Below are positions 48,798 through 58,225 of a DNA stretch of 64,000 bases, piece by piece. This DNA comes from an uncultured Elusimicrobia bacterium. Its GTDB lineage: Bacteria; Elusimicrobiota; Elusimicrobia; 2-01-FULL-59-12. The first letter of the stretch is position 1. Every line of letters starts with the position of its first letter. Made by a program: the position numbers and the translations under genes. The stretch lies in NCBI GenBank assembly GCA_963702895.1, contig OY969767.1:160001-224000 (forward strand), in the 5' to 3' direction. The notes beneath the pieces were generated by a model. The model saw only the letters and a program-made list of their open reading frames with translations, made no database searches and was not told the DNA's origin.

Positions 48798-49227
48798 CTA
48801 GTCACGGTCTGTAATAACTGGGTGATGTGTGGTAGGCGGAAGTCCGCGGATGTAGCTCTGGATTTCGGGGGCCAGCTTGGTCAGGTTTAGAAGCCGGGTT
48901 GTTTGGGAGGGGTCCATCCCGGTTTCTCTAGCCAAAGCGGATCTTGTCAGGCCGGGGGTGGACTCCAGGCGCTCTTTAAGCAGGTAAGCTTTTTTCAGGA
49001 GCCTTGGATGGGCGGCGATCGGGGCGGCTGGTAGCGTCGCTGCCGTTTTTTGACCGCCTCCGCCTGGTCGGGGCGCAGAAGCCATTTCTGTCCGCGGACT
49101 CCATTGGCGCGGCCAAAGGTGGATTCGTCCAGGAGCAAAAATTGGGCTGTCCAGCCCAGATTCTGACTCAGCTCGTTGCTGTATTTCCGGTTGGAGTATG
49201 GTTTACAATCAAAGCGAGGGAGCCAAT
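48798..49227 (-). pseudogene. Frameshifted HTH-containing fragment typical of serine-recombinase-associated C-termini, beginning NWLP
   Basis: NWLPRFDCKPYSN...FLL then RSALARETGMDPSQTTRLLNLTKLAPEIQ. Confidence 0.45.
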
Positions 49228-49229
49228 TT

Positions 49230-49685
49230 ATGATAAAAGTCCTGATCGCCATAATCTTTGTGATGAGCTTTCTTCCGCTCTTGACGGGGTGCGGAAAGAC
49301 AGACAATAAAAGCGTTCTTCCGGACGCCTCGACGCATTCTCAGGAACCCCTTGCGCTCTCCAGTGAAGGAAGGAAAAATCCTCTTCCCTCGGGGGGCTAT
49401 TTTACATGGCGCTTTGATAAGAAACCGCAGCTCGGCCTCTTGATCGTCATCGTCCAGGCGTACTCCAAGGACGGCAAGAAAGAAAGCCCCTACGAGATCA
49501 GCGGCGACTATGGAATGCCCAGCATGAGCGCCCACGATTCCGGCGAGGTCCTCTTTCAGATGAACAAGAAGGGCGATTATCTCCTGCCGGCTCAGATCTC
49601 CATGCCTGGGCTATGGCAAATCGTCCTTCGGATCAAACACGGCGGGAAACAAATTCTGGTTGGAAAAATAATTTTTGAGGTTTAG
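49230..49685 (+). CDS. YtkA/FixH-like lipoprotein
   Basis: Lipobox LTGC; GMPSMSAH; GDY..ISMPGLWQI. Confidence 0.7.
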   Translation: MIKVLIAIIFVMSFLPLLTGCGKTDNKSVLPDASTHSQEPLALSSEGRKNPLPSGGYFTWRFDKKPQLGLLIVIVQAYSKDGKKESPYEISGDYGMPSMSAHDSGEVLFQMNKKGDYLLPAQISMPGLWQIVLRIKHGGKQILVGKIIFEV

Positions 49686-50652
49686 GACCCTTCTTCTTTC
49701 TCTGTTCCTCTTCTCCAGTGCCAGGGTGCATGCCGATTCAAGCCTGCTGTTTTTGGAGGCGCAAATGGTGGGCGGTTATTCCTCCCTCATGGACCAAGAG
49801 ATCTATTACTCCAAGAGTCAGGAAGATGTCATGCAAAAACCCTCGATCGGAGCCGATTGGGTCCAAAAGCTTTCCGGTGAAACGGGGGACTGGGGGACCC
49901 TCGCCCTCCAGGGACGCCTGGCCTACGACCACGAGGGACATCCCACGATTGAACCTCAACTGTACAATGCCTATTTCCGGGTCAAAACGCCTTACGCGTA
50001 TACCTGGGTCGGGCATAACCGGGTGCCCGTCGGCCTTGAATCCTACTTCGACACGCACGGCCTTCTTCTTCAATCTTTGCCGATGAGCGGGTTCGGGTTC
50101 GACCGGGATTGGGGGGTGGGAGCTTCTCGCGATTTCAGCTGGGGGGATGCCGCCTTATCCTTCACGTCGGGAACGGGAATGCCGCTTCGCTTGGAAGGCA
50201 ACTACCTCTTTTCGGGCCGTGTGGCCAAAGGGGCGCTGAACCGGGATAATTACACCTACGGCCTTTACGGAACGGTAGGTCAAATCCCCGACATCATGGG
50301 GTATCACATCATCGACTCGGCGTTGACGGATTATGGATTTCTGGGGGTGGACCTGGCCTACGTATGGGACCGATTGGAATGGCGGGCCGATCTTCGCAAA
50401 GGGGAGAAAGGGGGTTCCTCAGCCTACGCCGCGTTGGTACGTTTTGGGATTAATTTCCTCGATGAAAATCGGCTGAAGCTGGAATTCCAGCCAATCTTTA
50501 CGAAAGAATCCGGCCAGAAGGATCACTCTCTCGCCGGAAATCTTTCCTATATTCTCACTCCTGATTTGACTTGTCGTTCGCTCTACGAATACGAAAAGAA
50601 TGATAACGATCACCGCATCGTTTTCCAGATGTACTATTACGTGAAGCTATGA
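49675..50652 (+). CDS. Putative outer-membrane beta-barrel protein
   Basis: Signal peptide, amphipathic strands, aromatic C-terminus FQMYYYVKL. Confidence 0.6.
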   Translation: MRFRTLLLSLFLFSSARVHADSSLLFLEAQMVGGYSSLMDQEIYYSKSQEDVMQKPSIGADWVQKLSGETGDWGTLALQGRLAYDHEGHPTIEPQLYNAYFRVKTPYAYTWVGHNRVPVGLESYFDTHGLLLQSLPMSGFGFDRDWGVGASRDFSWGDAALSFTSGTGMPLRLEGNYLFSGRVAKGALNRDNYTYGLYGTVGQIPDIMGYHIIDSALTDYGFLGVDLAYVWDRLEWRADLRKGEKGGSSAYAALVRFGINFLDENRLKLEFQPIFTKESGQKDHSLAGNLSYILTPDLTCRSLYEYEKNDNDHRIVFQMYYYVKL

Positions 50653-51269
50653 ACAAGCTCCTTCTGATCGTCTGTCTCTTCCTGTCGCCATCGATGGCCT
50701 TGGCGGCGGTCGGCTGCGAATTAAATGATCCGGATCGGGACATCGCCCGGCTGTTCCCTGTGTCTTCCGGCTATAAAACGGTTTACCTTTCCATCAAAAC
50801 GTCGGGCGGTGAAGCGATGCTCCGGCGTGTCGAAGAACGACTGGGGGACTCTTTCCATGGACTCTACGAGACCATCGATGTCCCCTATACGCTTTATGAA
50901 GTGCACAAGGGCAAAGAAAGAATCGGCTATGTCCATGGCGTGAACCAAAAAGGAGAGTACGGAGGGATCCAGGTCTTTCTCTCCCTTGAAGCCGATGGGG
51001 CCATCAAATCCCTTTTTATCCAGAAGCTGACGTCAAAAGCAGCCAAGGAGCTCCGTTCAAAACAGTTCGGGTCTCAGTTCGAGCGACTGAGCCTGAAGGA
51101 TTTCCAGGCCTATCATCCCGCCTCTGGCCAGCTGCCATCAAGCGGTTCACTCGCGGCCCTGAAAAACCCCGCGCCGGCGGCCGGCAGGGATTTCCAGCAC
51201 GTCCTTCGCGCGGTTAAGAAAAACCTCATTCTGATGGATGAATTTGTTTTTTCCGGAAAGAACAAATGA
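50649..51269 (+). CDS. Periplasmic protein, FMN-binding-like
   Basis: Signal peptide; GYVHGVNQKGEYGGIQV...QF pattern. Confidence 0.5.
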   Translation: MNKLLLIVCLFLSPSMALAAVGCELNDPDRDIARLFPVSSGYKTVYLSIKTSGGEAMLRRVEERLGDSFHGLYETIDVPYTLYEVHKGKERIGYVHGVNQKGEYGGIQVFLSLEADGAIKSLFIQKLTSKAAKELRSKQFGSQFERLSLKDFQAYHPASGQLPSSGSLAALKNPAPAAGRDFQHVLRAVKKNLILMDEFVFSGKNK

Positions 51270-52453
51270 ACATTTACTCCGTGGCGTATAAAAATCTCCT
51301 GCGCAAGAAAACCCGCGCGGTGTTGACCGCCGGTGGAATTGCCCTGTCGGCTTGGGTCTTGGTCACTCTGCTGGGTTTTAACCGGGGGTACGAACAGAGC
51401 CTGAATCGGGACATCGACAACATGGGTTTTCAGGTCTTGCTGACGGCCAAGGGCTGCCCGTATGAAGCCGCCACCCTCATGCTCAAGGGCGGCACGGGCC
51501 TCCGCTACATCAACGAAGGGATGGTCAACACCGTCACCGCCCATTCCGAAGTCGACCGTGTGACCCCGATGCTGATGCAAGCCGTGTTTGATCCGAACAA
51601 GGGAGACAACGGCGCCGTGGCCGCTTATCTCGGCGTGGATGCTCTGAGCTTCCCCCCGATGAAACGGTATCTGGAGTTCAAACAAGGAGGGTGGTTCAAG
51701 GACAACAACGCCCGCGAAGCGGTTCTCGGATACGAAGCGGCGGAGCTGGAGCAGCGGGAAATCGGCGACAAACTGCTCATCCCGGGCATCGATGCCGAAG
51801 TCCGTGTGGCGGGAGTGCTCAAACGCTCCGGCACACAGGACGATGGGACCATTTTTCTTCCGATTGGCACGGTGCAGACCCTGTTTTCAAAGAAAGGACA
51901 GCTGACCGCCCTCGGCATCAAAGTGAAAAAAGACACAGATATGAACGCTTTTGAAAATCGGCTTTATGATTTGCCCGATGTGCAGGTCGTTTCGTTGGCG
52001 CAGGTGAAAGCCACGATCATGGGGCTCATCTCCAGCGCCAAAGTGATCGTCCTGGCACTGGCGCTCATTGCGGTGATCATCGCCATGGCCGGGGTGATCA
52101 ATACCATCCTGATGTCGGTCCTGGAGCGCTACGGCGAAATCGGGATCATCAAAAGCATGGGGGCGATGCCCCGGGATGTCTTCAAAATGATCTGGACCGA
52201 AACCGCCCTTCTCTGTTCGGTGGGTGGATTGACGGGGATTCTTTTGTCTCTGGCGACCGCCAGGCTCTCCGAAGCAGCGATCCGGCACTTTCTTCCCTAC
52301 GCCCCCACGGGCGCCCTGGTGATCCTGGATGGGAGGATCGCGGTGTTTGCCTTCCTGATGATCCTCTCGGCGGGACTGTTGAGCGGGCTCTATCCAGCTT
52401 GGCGCGCTTCGCGGGTGCGCCCGCTGGAGGCGATGCGGGCAGAGAGCGACTGA
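51266..52453 (+). CDS. MacB/FtsX-family ABC permease
   Basis: NLLRKKTR, SVLERYGEIGIIKSMGA, YPAWRASRVRPLEAMR. Confidence 0.9.
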   Translation: MNIYSVAYKNLLRKKTRAVLTAGGIALSAWVLVTLLGFNRGYEQSLNRDIDNMGFQVLLTAKGCPYEAATLMLKGGTGLRYINEGMVNTVTAHSEVDRVTPMLMQAVFDPNKGDNGAVAAYLGVDALSFPPMKRYLEFKQGGWFKDNNAREAVLGYEAAELEQREIGDKLLIPGIDAEVRVAGVLKRSGTQDDGTIFLPIGTVQTLFSKKGQLTALGIKVKKDTDMNAFENRLYDLPDVQVVSLAQVKATIMGLISSAKVIVLALALIAVIIAMAGVINTILMSVLERYGEIGIIKSMGAMPRDVFKMIWTETALLCSVGGLTGILLSLATARLSEAAIRHFLPYAPTGALVILDGRIAVFAFLMILSAGLLSGLYPAWRASRVRPLEAMRAESD

Positions 52454-53127
52454 TGAACAGCCTCATTTCAGCGCAGGGCTTAACCAAAGTCTATCGAAGA
52501 GGCAATGAGGAAGTGCGGGCGGTCAACGGGGTGGACCTCGAGGTCCAGGCTGGAGAAATGCTCGCGATTACCGGGCCCTCGGGCTCCGGCAAAACAAGTC
52601 TTCTGAATCTCCTCGGCTGTTTGGATAATCCCACAGAAGGCCAGCTCCATGTCAACGGGGAGGATATTTTCGGCACTCAAAAAGGAATGACCGAAACCGC
52701 GCTGACGCGGGTCCGCCGCCAACTGTTTGGCTACATCTTTCAAAAGTTTTACCTGGTACCGACGCTGACGGTGCTGGAAAATGTTCAGCTCCCGCTGATT
52801 TTTTACAAGAACCGTGCCGCCCGCCAAACGCCCGAGAGCCTGTTAAGCCAATTGGGGGTTGGGCACCGGCTTCATCATTTACCTTCCGAACTCTCCGGCG
52901 GAGAGATGCAGCGGGTCGCCATCGCGCGCGCCCTGATCAACGAGCCCAAAATCCTGCTGGCGGATGAACCGACCGGCAACCTGGACACTCACCGAAGCGA
53001 CGAGATCAAAGACATTATGCGTTCACTCGCCCAAGGAGGAATCACGGTCGTCATGGTCACGCATAATCAAAAGATGGCCCATGCCGCAGACCGGATCGTT
53101 GAAATGCGGGATGGAAAAATCGCTTAA
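52453..53127 (+). CDS. ABC transporter ATP-binding protein (LolD/MacB type)
   Basis: [32 protein letters not shown]. Confidence 0.95.
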   Translation: MNSLISAQGLTKVYRRGNEEVRAVNGVDLEVQAGEMLAITGPSGSGKTSLLNLLGCLDNPTEGQLHVNGEDIFGTQKGMTETALTRVRRQLFGYIFQKFYLVPTLTVLENVQLPLIFYKNRAARQTPESLLSQLGVGHRLHHLPSELSGGEMQRVAIARALINEPKILLADEPTGNLDTHRSDEIKDIMRSLAQGGITVVMVTHNQKMAHAADRIVEMRDGKIA

Positions 53128-53296
53128 GGAAGTGGTCGTCTCGCGACCTTTTCGAATGAGCCAACTCTCCGTGCTGCGAAGCCTCCGATCTCGCTAAAAT
53201 CGCATTTTCGGGTCTTGTCCCCCGAGGGCCCCACGTAATACAATAAGAGTGCTCGAGTCCCTCCCCCGGAGGTATTTTCTCGTTCATCGCGCCATT

Positions 53297-53938
53297 ATGA
53301 AGAATTTAAAGCGGATCTTTTGCGCCGCCTGCGTGTCTGTGGGCGTTCTTTTTGTTTTTCGAGCTCGCGTGTGCGCAGAAGTCGTGCTGAGCACCGTCGC
53401 GCCGGAGGGACTTGTGGTCGAAAGCACGGCCACGGTACCAGAACCGTTTACGGATCCTTTGGGAGTTAAGAAACAGAAGATTATCAGCGCTTTTGGTCAG
53501 AGAACCATTCCATTGGAGCTTCGGGCTCCCGTGGCGACCACGGCGCAACTCACCCTCATTCCGGGCGATGAGTCTCATGAGGGGATCGATCTCTCCGCAC
53601 CGCTAGGGTCCCTGGTGCGGGCTTCTCGATCGGGGAAGGTTATCTTTGCTGGTTTTTCCAAGATGTATGTGAGCCGCAAAAACAAGAATGATCAGCATCG
53701 GCTCGTGATCATTCGCCACCCTGACGGGATGAGTTCGCGGTATGTGCACCTCGCGGGGCTGCGAGTGCGGCCGGGGCAGGATGTGGCCACAGGGCAGGCC
53801 ATTGGCAGTCTCTCAGCGTCTGACGAATGGACAGCGCCCGTATTGCATTTTGAAATCCGGGACATCCAGGGCCAGGCGCTGGATCCGGCCGAGGTCCTCG
53901 CGCCGCCCGACTTGGTCTTAGGGGAGTTGAAACCTTGA
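53297..53938 (+). CDS. M23 family metallopeptidase
   Basis: HEGID, YVHL, VLHFEIR (HxH altered to VLH). Confidence 0.8.
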   Translation: MKNLKRIFCAACVSVGVLFVFRARVCAEVVLSTVAPEGLVVESTATVPEPFTDPLGVKKQKIISAFGQRTIPLELRAPVATTAQLTLIPGDESHEGIDLSAPLGSLVRASRSGKVIFAGFSKMYVSRKNKNDQHRLVIIRHPDGMSSRYVHLAGLRVRPGQDVATGQAIGSLSASDEWTAPVLHFEIRDIQGQALDPAEVLAPPDLVLGELKP

Positions 53939-55317
53939 AGTCTTTATACGTTCTCGTTTTAGCCGCGGGCAAGGGGACCCGGATGAAGTCCGAGCTCCCC
54001 AAGGTCATGCATCCCGTCGCGGGTCGGGTCTTGATTGAACATGTTTTAAGGACGACGGCCGAGCTTAAGGCCCGAGAATTGGGTGTCGTTTTAGGCGCCG
54101 GCCGTGAGCTTGTTCAGAAAACGCTGGCGGAGCACGGCTGGAAAAAACTCCATTACGTGATTCAGCACACCCCCAAAGGGAGCGGTCACGCGGTCCTGAT
54201 GGCCAAGAGCTGGCTCCGTCACAAAAAGGGGTCACTTTTGGTGGTTTACGGGGACACCCCCCTTCTGACACCGCACACGCTGCAGCGTTTGGTGGAACAT
54301 CACGCCGTGTCCGGCAACGCTGCGACGTTTTTAGCGATGGATGTTCCTGACCCGGCCGGTTACGGCCGTATGATTTTGGACGCTGAAGGGTATCTGGAGC
54401 GCATTGCGGAAGAAAAAGACGCTACGCCGGGGGAGCGCGCGATCACGTTGGTCAATTCAGGCGTGGCTTGCTGGGACATCCAGATGCTTCTGGCGGTCCT
54501 CCCGCGCTTGCAGTCGAATAACGCCAAGCGCGAGTATTACTTGACGGACGCGGCCGCCCACATTCGAAGTGTTGGCGGCCGGGTGGGCGTGGTCCGGGCC
54601 AAAGACGCCGATGAGACCCACGGGATCAACACGCGCCTCGACCTGGCGCGGGCGGAAGCTATCTTTCGGCAAAGGGTCCTGGAGCGCTGGATGCAAGAGG
54701 GCGTCACGATCCTCGATCCGGGGACAACTTATATTGACGCGGACGCTCAACTTCAGCCCGACACCCGGATCTGGCCGGGAACGATCATCCAGGGGAGCTC
54801 CCGTATCGGGGCCCGCTGCGAGATTGGCCCCTATACGGTCCTGGAAAGCGCCGTGGTCAAAGATGGCGCGCGCGTCGGGCCTTTTGCGCACCTGCGTCCG
54901 GGGACCGTGATTGAGGAAGGGGCGCGTATTGGCAATTTTGTGGAGATCAAGAAATCCACGGTAGGGCCTGGCTCAAAGATTAATCACCTGAGCTATGTGG
55001 GCGACGCCCACATCGGTGAAGCGGTGAATGTGGGCGCAGGGACCATTACCTGCAATTACGATGGGTTTTCCAAGTTCCAGACATGGATTGAGGACGGTGT
55101 TTTTGTAGGATCCAACGTGAACCTGGTGGCCCCGGTGCGCGTGGGCCGCGGCGCGATCCTTGCAGCAGGTTCAACGATCACCGAAGACGTGAAGCCCGAA
55201 GCTTTGGCGCTGGCGCGATCCCAACAGATGTCCAAACAGGGATGGGCGAAGGCCTTTCGGGCCCAACAGGCCAAAAAGTCAGTCCACCGGAGTCGGAAAG
55301 GGAGTCGACATGAATGA
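53935..55317 (+). CDS. glmU: Bifunctional GlmU
   Basis: [37 protein letters not shown]. Confidence 0.97.
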   Translation: MKSLYVLVLAAGKGTRMKSELPKVMHPVAGRVLIEHVLRTTAELKARELGVVLGAGRELVQKTLAEHGWKKLHYVIQHTPKGSGHAVLMAKSWLRHKKGSLLVVYGDTPLLTPHTLQRLVEHHAVSGNAATFLAMDVPDPAGYGRMILDAEGYLERIAEEKDATPGERAITLVNSGVACWDIQMLLAVLPRLQSNNAKREYYLTDAAAHIRSVGGRVGVVRAKDADETHGINTRLDLARAEAIFRQRVLERWMQEGVTILDPGTTYIDADAQLQPDTRIWPGTIIQGSSRIGARCEIGPYTVLESAVVKDGARVGPFAHLRPGTVIEEGARIGNFVEIKKSTVGPGSKINHLSYVGDAHIGEAVNVGAGTITCNYDGFSKFQTWIEDGVFVGSNVNLVAPVRVGRGAILAAGSTITEDVKPEALALARSQQMSKQGWAKAFRAQQAKKSVHRSRKGSRHE

Positions 55318-56245
55318 GCGGCTGAAAGTCTTTAGCGGCAACGCCAACAGGGCGCTTTCGGAGGAAATCTGCAAAATGCTTCATGTGCAGCTGGGAGAGG
55401 CGGAGATTGGCCGTTTCTCCGATGGCGAGATCCGTCTTCAAGTCCTGCAAAATGTTCGCGGGGACGATGTGTTTGTCGTCCAGCCCACCTGTCCCCCCGT
55501 GAACGACCATCTCATGGAGTTGCTCATCATGGTGGACGCTCTTTCGCGTGCGTCGGCTCGACGCATTACCGTTGTGCTTCCCTATTACGGTTATGGCCGT
55601 CAGGACAGGAAGTCCGAGCCGCGCGTGCCGATCTCGGCGAAGCTTGTGGCTAATTTAATCACCGCGGCAGGCGCTGACCGCGTGCTCGCGATGGACCTGC
55701 ATGTGGGGCAGATCCAGGGCTTCTTTGATATTCCCGTGGACCATCTCTATGCGATGCCTGTGTTTTTGGACTACATCCGCAAGAAGCAATTGACCGAAGT
55801 GGTGGTGGTCTCGCCCGATGCCGGAGGCGTGGAGCGCGCGCGGGCTTTTGCGAAGAGGCTCGACGCAGACCTGGCCATCATCGACAAGCGCCGCCCGCGC
55901 GCGAACGTCGCCGATGTCATGAATGTCATTGGTGACGTCAAAGGAAAGACGGCCATCCTCCTTGATGACTTGGTGGATACCGCCGGCACCCTTTGCAAAG
56001 ACGCCGAGGCGCTCAAAACTTTCGGAGCTAAAAAGATCTTTGCGGCGACTTCACACGGGGTCCTCTCCGGGCCGGCCATCGATCGCCTGAACAAGTCGCC
56101 GATTGAGGAGTTGATGATGACCAACTCCATTCCGCTCAAGGGGAATTCCTCCCCGAAAATTACAGTCCTTTCGGTGGCGCCGCTTCTCGCGGAAGCCATT
56201 AAGCGGATCCATGAGGACCAGTCCATCAGCCAGTTGTTCGTATAA
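55310..56245 (+). CDS. prs: Ribose-phosphate pyrophosphokinase
   Basis: [33 protein letters not shown]. Confidence 0.98.
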   Translation: MNERLKVFSGNANRALSEEICKMLHVQLGEAEIGRFSDGEIRLQVLQNVRGDDVFVVQPTCPPVNDHLMELLIMVDALSRASARRITVVLPYYGYGRQDRKSEPRVPISAKLVANLITAAGADRVLAMDLHVGQIQGFFDIPVDHLYAMPVFLDYIRKKQLTEVVVVSPDAGGVERARAFAKRLDADLAIIDKRRPRANVADVMNVIGDVKGKTAILLDDLVDTAGTLCKDAEALKTFGAKKIFAATSHGVLSGPAIDRLNKSPIEELMMTNSIPLKGNSSPKITVLSVAPLLAEAIKRIHEDQSISQLFV

Positions 56246-56246
56246 A

Positions 56247-56306
56247 CGTCTCCGCCAGACTTCTGGCGGTCCAGTTGACTGGACCCCGGCGTTCGCCGGG
56301 GTGACA
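56247..56306. repeat. CGTC-tagged palindromic repeat with CCGCCAGA/TCTGGCGG hairpin
   Basis: CGTCTCCGCCAGACTTCTGGCGGTCCAG..CTGGACCCCGGCGTTCGCCGGGGTGACA. Confidence 0.8.
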
Positions 56307-56323
56307 TGAATGAGGAGAAGCGT

Positions 56324-57064
56324 ATGAAAGAGATCGTTCTGCAAGCCGAAGTCAGGGACCAGCTCACGAAAGGCGCGACCCGATCGCTCCGACAGTCGGG
56401 GCGTGTGCCGGGGATCGCCTACGGAGACAAGGAGGCGCCCCTCGCCCTTTCGGTCGACACGAAGAGCATTCAAACCATCCTCCGTTCGGAGGGGGGGCGA
56501 AACGCCCTCATCAGCCTGAAGATTGGCAAATCCTCGCATCAGGTCTTGATCAAGGAGATCCAGCGCCATCCGATCACCCGCGTGTTCCAGCATGTGGATT
56601 TCCATCGGATCTCACTCAAGAAAATCATTGAGACCAAAGTGCCGCTCCACGTCAAAGGGGAAGCCCCAGGCGTGAAATTGGGAGGTGGGGTGCTCGAGCA
56701 TCTCGTTCGCGAAGTGCCCGTACGCTGCTTGCCGACGGACATCCCGGCAGCGCTGGACTTGGATATTTCCAACCTGCAGATCGGCCAGTCTCTGCGCGCC
56801 AAAGACCTGGTCTTGCCCCAAGGTGTTGAGATCCTCATGGATGCGGAAAGCGTCATCATCCATGTGGTCACGGTCCACGTGGAGGAGGAAGCCCCCGCAA
56901 CCCCCAGTGTCGAGGTGCCTGGAGCAACGACGGAGCCCGAAGTGATCAAGAAGGGTAAAGTGGAAGAAGGCGCTGAAGGCGCTTCCGCTGCTGAGGCCGA
57001 AAAGAAGCCGGGGGCCGCCGCAGCGCCCGCGAAGCCCGAGGTCAAGAAACCCGAAGGCAAGTGA
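56324..57064 (+). CDS. rplY: 50S ribosomal protein L25/Ctc
   Basis: RSLRQSGRVPGIAYG, IQRHP, HVDF, EPEVIKKGK tail. Confidence 0.95.
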   Translation: MKEIVLQAEVRDQLTKGATRSLRQSGRVPGIAYGDKEAPLALSVDTKSIQTILRSEGGRNALISLKIGKSSHQVLIKEIQRHPITRVFQHVDFHRISLKKIIETKVPLHVKGEAPGVKLGGGVLEHLVREVPVRCLPTDIPAALDLDISNLQIGQSLRAKDLVLPQGVEILMDAESVIIHVVTVHVEEEAPATPSVEVPGATTEPEVIKKGKVEEGAEGASAAEAEKKPGAAAAPAKPEVKKPEGK

Positions 57065-57104
57065 CAGACTTGAAAGCATCCGCCAGACATGGGGCGGGTC
57101 CATC

Positions 57105-57620
57105 ATGCCCATCAAACTGGTTGTAGGACTGGGCAATCCGGGCCCCCGCTATGAAGGGACGCGCCATAACATTGGCCGGCGCGTCGTGCAAGATCTGTCC
57201 GGCAAGCTCGCGGGCGCGCATCTTCTGCTCCCGGAGACTTACATGAACAACTCGGGCTTTGAGGTCGCCAAAGTGGCGCAAAAAAAAGGGATTCTTCCGG
57301 ACGAGATCCTGGTGGTCTTGGACGAATTTCAAATACCGCTGGGGCAGATGAAGATTCTCAAAAGCGGCTCCGACGGCGGACACAACGGCTTGAAATCCAT
57401 CGTCGCGTGTCTGGGAACCGAGACGGTGCCGCGTCTTCGTATTGGCATCGGTCCCTTGCCGCCAGGGGAGGACCCGGCCGCCTATGTCTTGAAGCGATTT
57501 TCAAAAACGGAAGAGCAAAAGATGGATCAGGAGGTCCCCGCGATTCGTCAGGCCGTGACGGTGGCTGTCACAGAGGGGCTGGAAACAGCGATGAACCGAT
57601 ACAACAACCGACCGCTATGA
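57105..57620 (+). CDS. pth: Peptidyl-tRNA hydrolase
   Basis: GLGNPG, TRHNIG, TYMNNSG, GGHNGL, RLRIGIG. Confidence 0.95.
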   Translation: MPIKLVVGLGNPGPRYEGTRHNIGRRVVQDLSGKLAGAHLLLPETYMNNSGFEVAKVAQKKGILPDEILVVLDEFQIPLGQMKILKSGSDGGHNGLKSIVACLGTETVPRLRIGIGPLPPGEDPAAYVLKRFSKTEEQKMDQEVPAIRQAVTVAVTEGLETAMNRYNNRPL

Positions 57621-58135
57621 GAGTCAGGGATGTCATGCGCACCTCGGTGATCGTTCTTCCGCAGAACGCGACCCTCCAGGACGTCCTCGACCGATTCATC
57701 AAGCACCATTTGGATTGTCTCCCCATTATCGATGCGGCCCAACGTGTGGTGGGACTGATCACGATTGATGATCTCGTCGATCTTTTTCTGCCTCGTTACT
57801 TCGAGATCCTCAGAGACATTTCGGCCCTCCAGGACAAGGGGCAGCTCACCTCTCTTTTCAACCAGAGCTTCGCGGGGTTGGACGCCCATCATGAGAGATT
57901 GATTTTGGCCGCCGATGTGATGCGCACGCATCTTCCCTGGATCTTGGTGGACGAGTCGCTCCTCGAAGCGGCGGCCACCCTCCAGTCTCAAAACGCGCAG
58001 CGCCTGCCCGTCGTCGATAAAGATCAAAAGCTTGTCGGGCTATTGTCCGATTTTGACGTGATCCTGGCGCTGCTGCGAGGCGCGCCAGTCTCCGTGTCCG
58101 GCGCTCGGCAGCCATCGCCCCATGTCAGACCGTAG
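57617..58135 (+). CDS. CBS-domain protein
   Basis: VRDVM..LPIID..VGLIT and ADVM..LPVVD..LVGLLS. Confidence 0.88.
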   Translation: MRVRDVMRTSVIVLPQNATLQDVLDRFIKHHLDCLPIIDAAQRVVGLITIDDLVDLFLPRYFEILRDISALQDKGQLTSLFNQSFAGLDAHHERLILAADVMRTHLPWILVDESLLEAAATLQSQNAQRLPVVDKDQKLVGLLSDFDVILALLRGAPVSVSGARQPSPHVRP

Positions 58136-58145
58136 CCTTTCTTGG

Positions 58146-58215
58146 CGTCCGACGTGCGACGTCCGACGCCGAAGAAGAAGGGTGCCCTCAGGCGTCGGAC
58201 CTAGGACGTCGGACG
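58146..58215. repeat. Inverted heptamer (CGTCCGA) tandem arrays
   Basis: CGTCCGA CGTGCGA CGTCCGA CGCC ... GGCG TCGGACC TAGGACG TCGGACG. Confidence 0.8.
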
Positions 58216-58225
58216 GGCTTTGACC

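Noticed and set aside
57105..57620. Pth as a pseudogene because it is ~20 aa short internally
   Set aside because: Frame intact, main motifs (RHN, YMN, GHNG) present and coupled to the next gene
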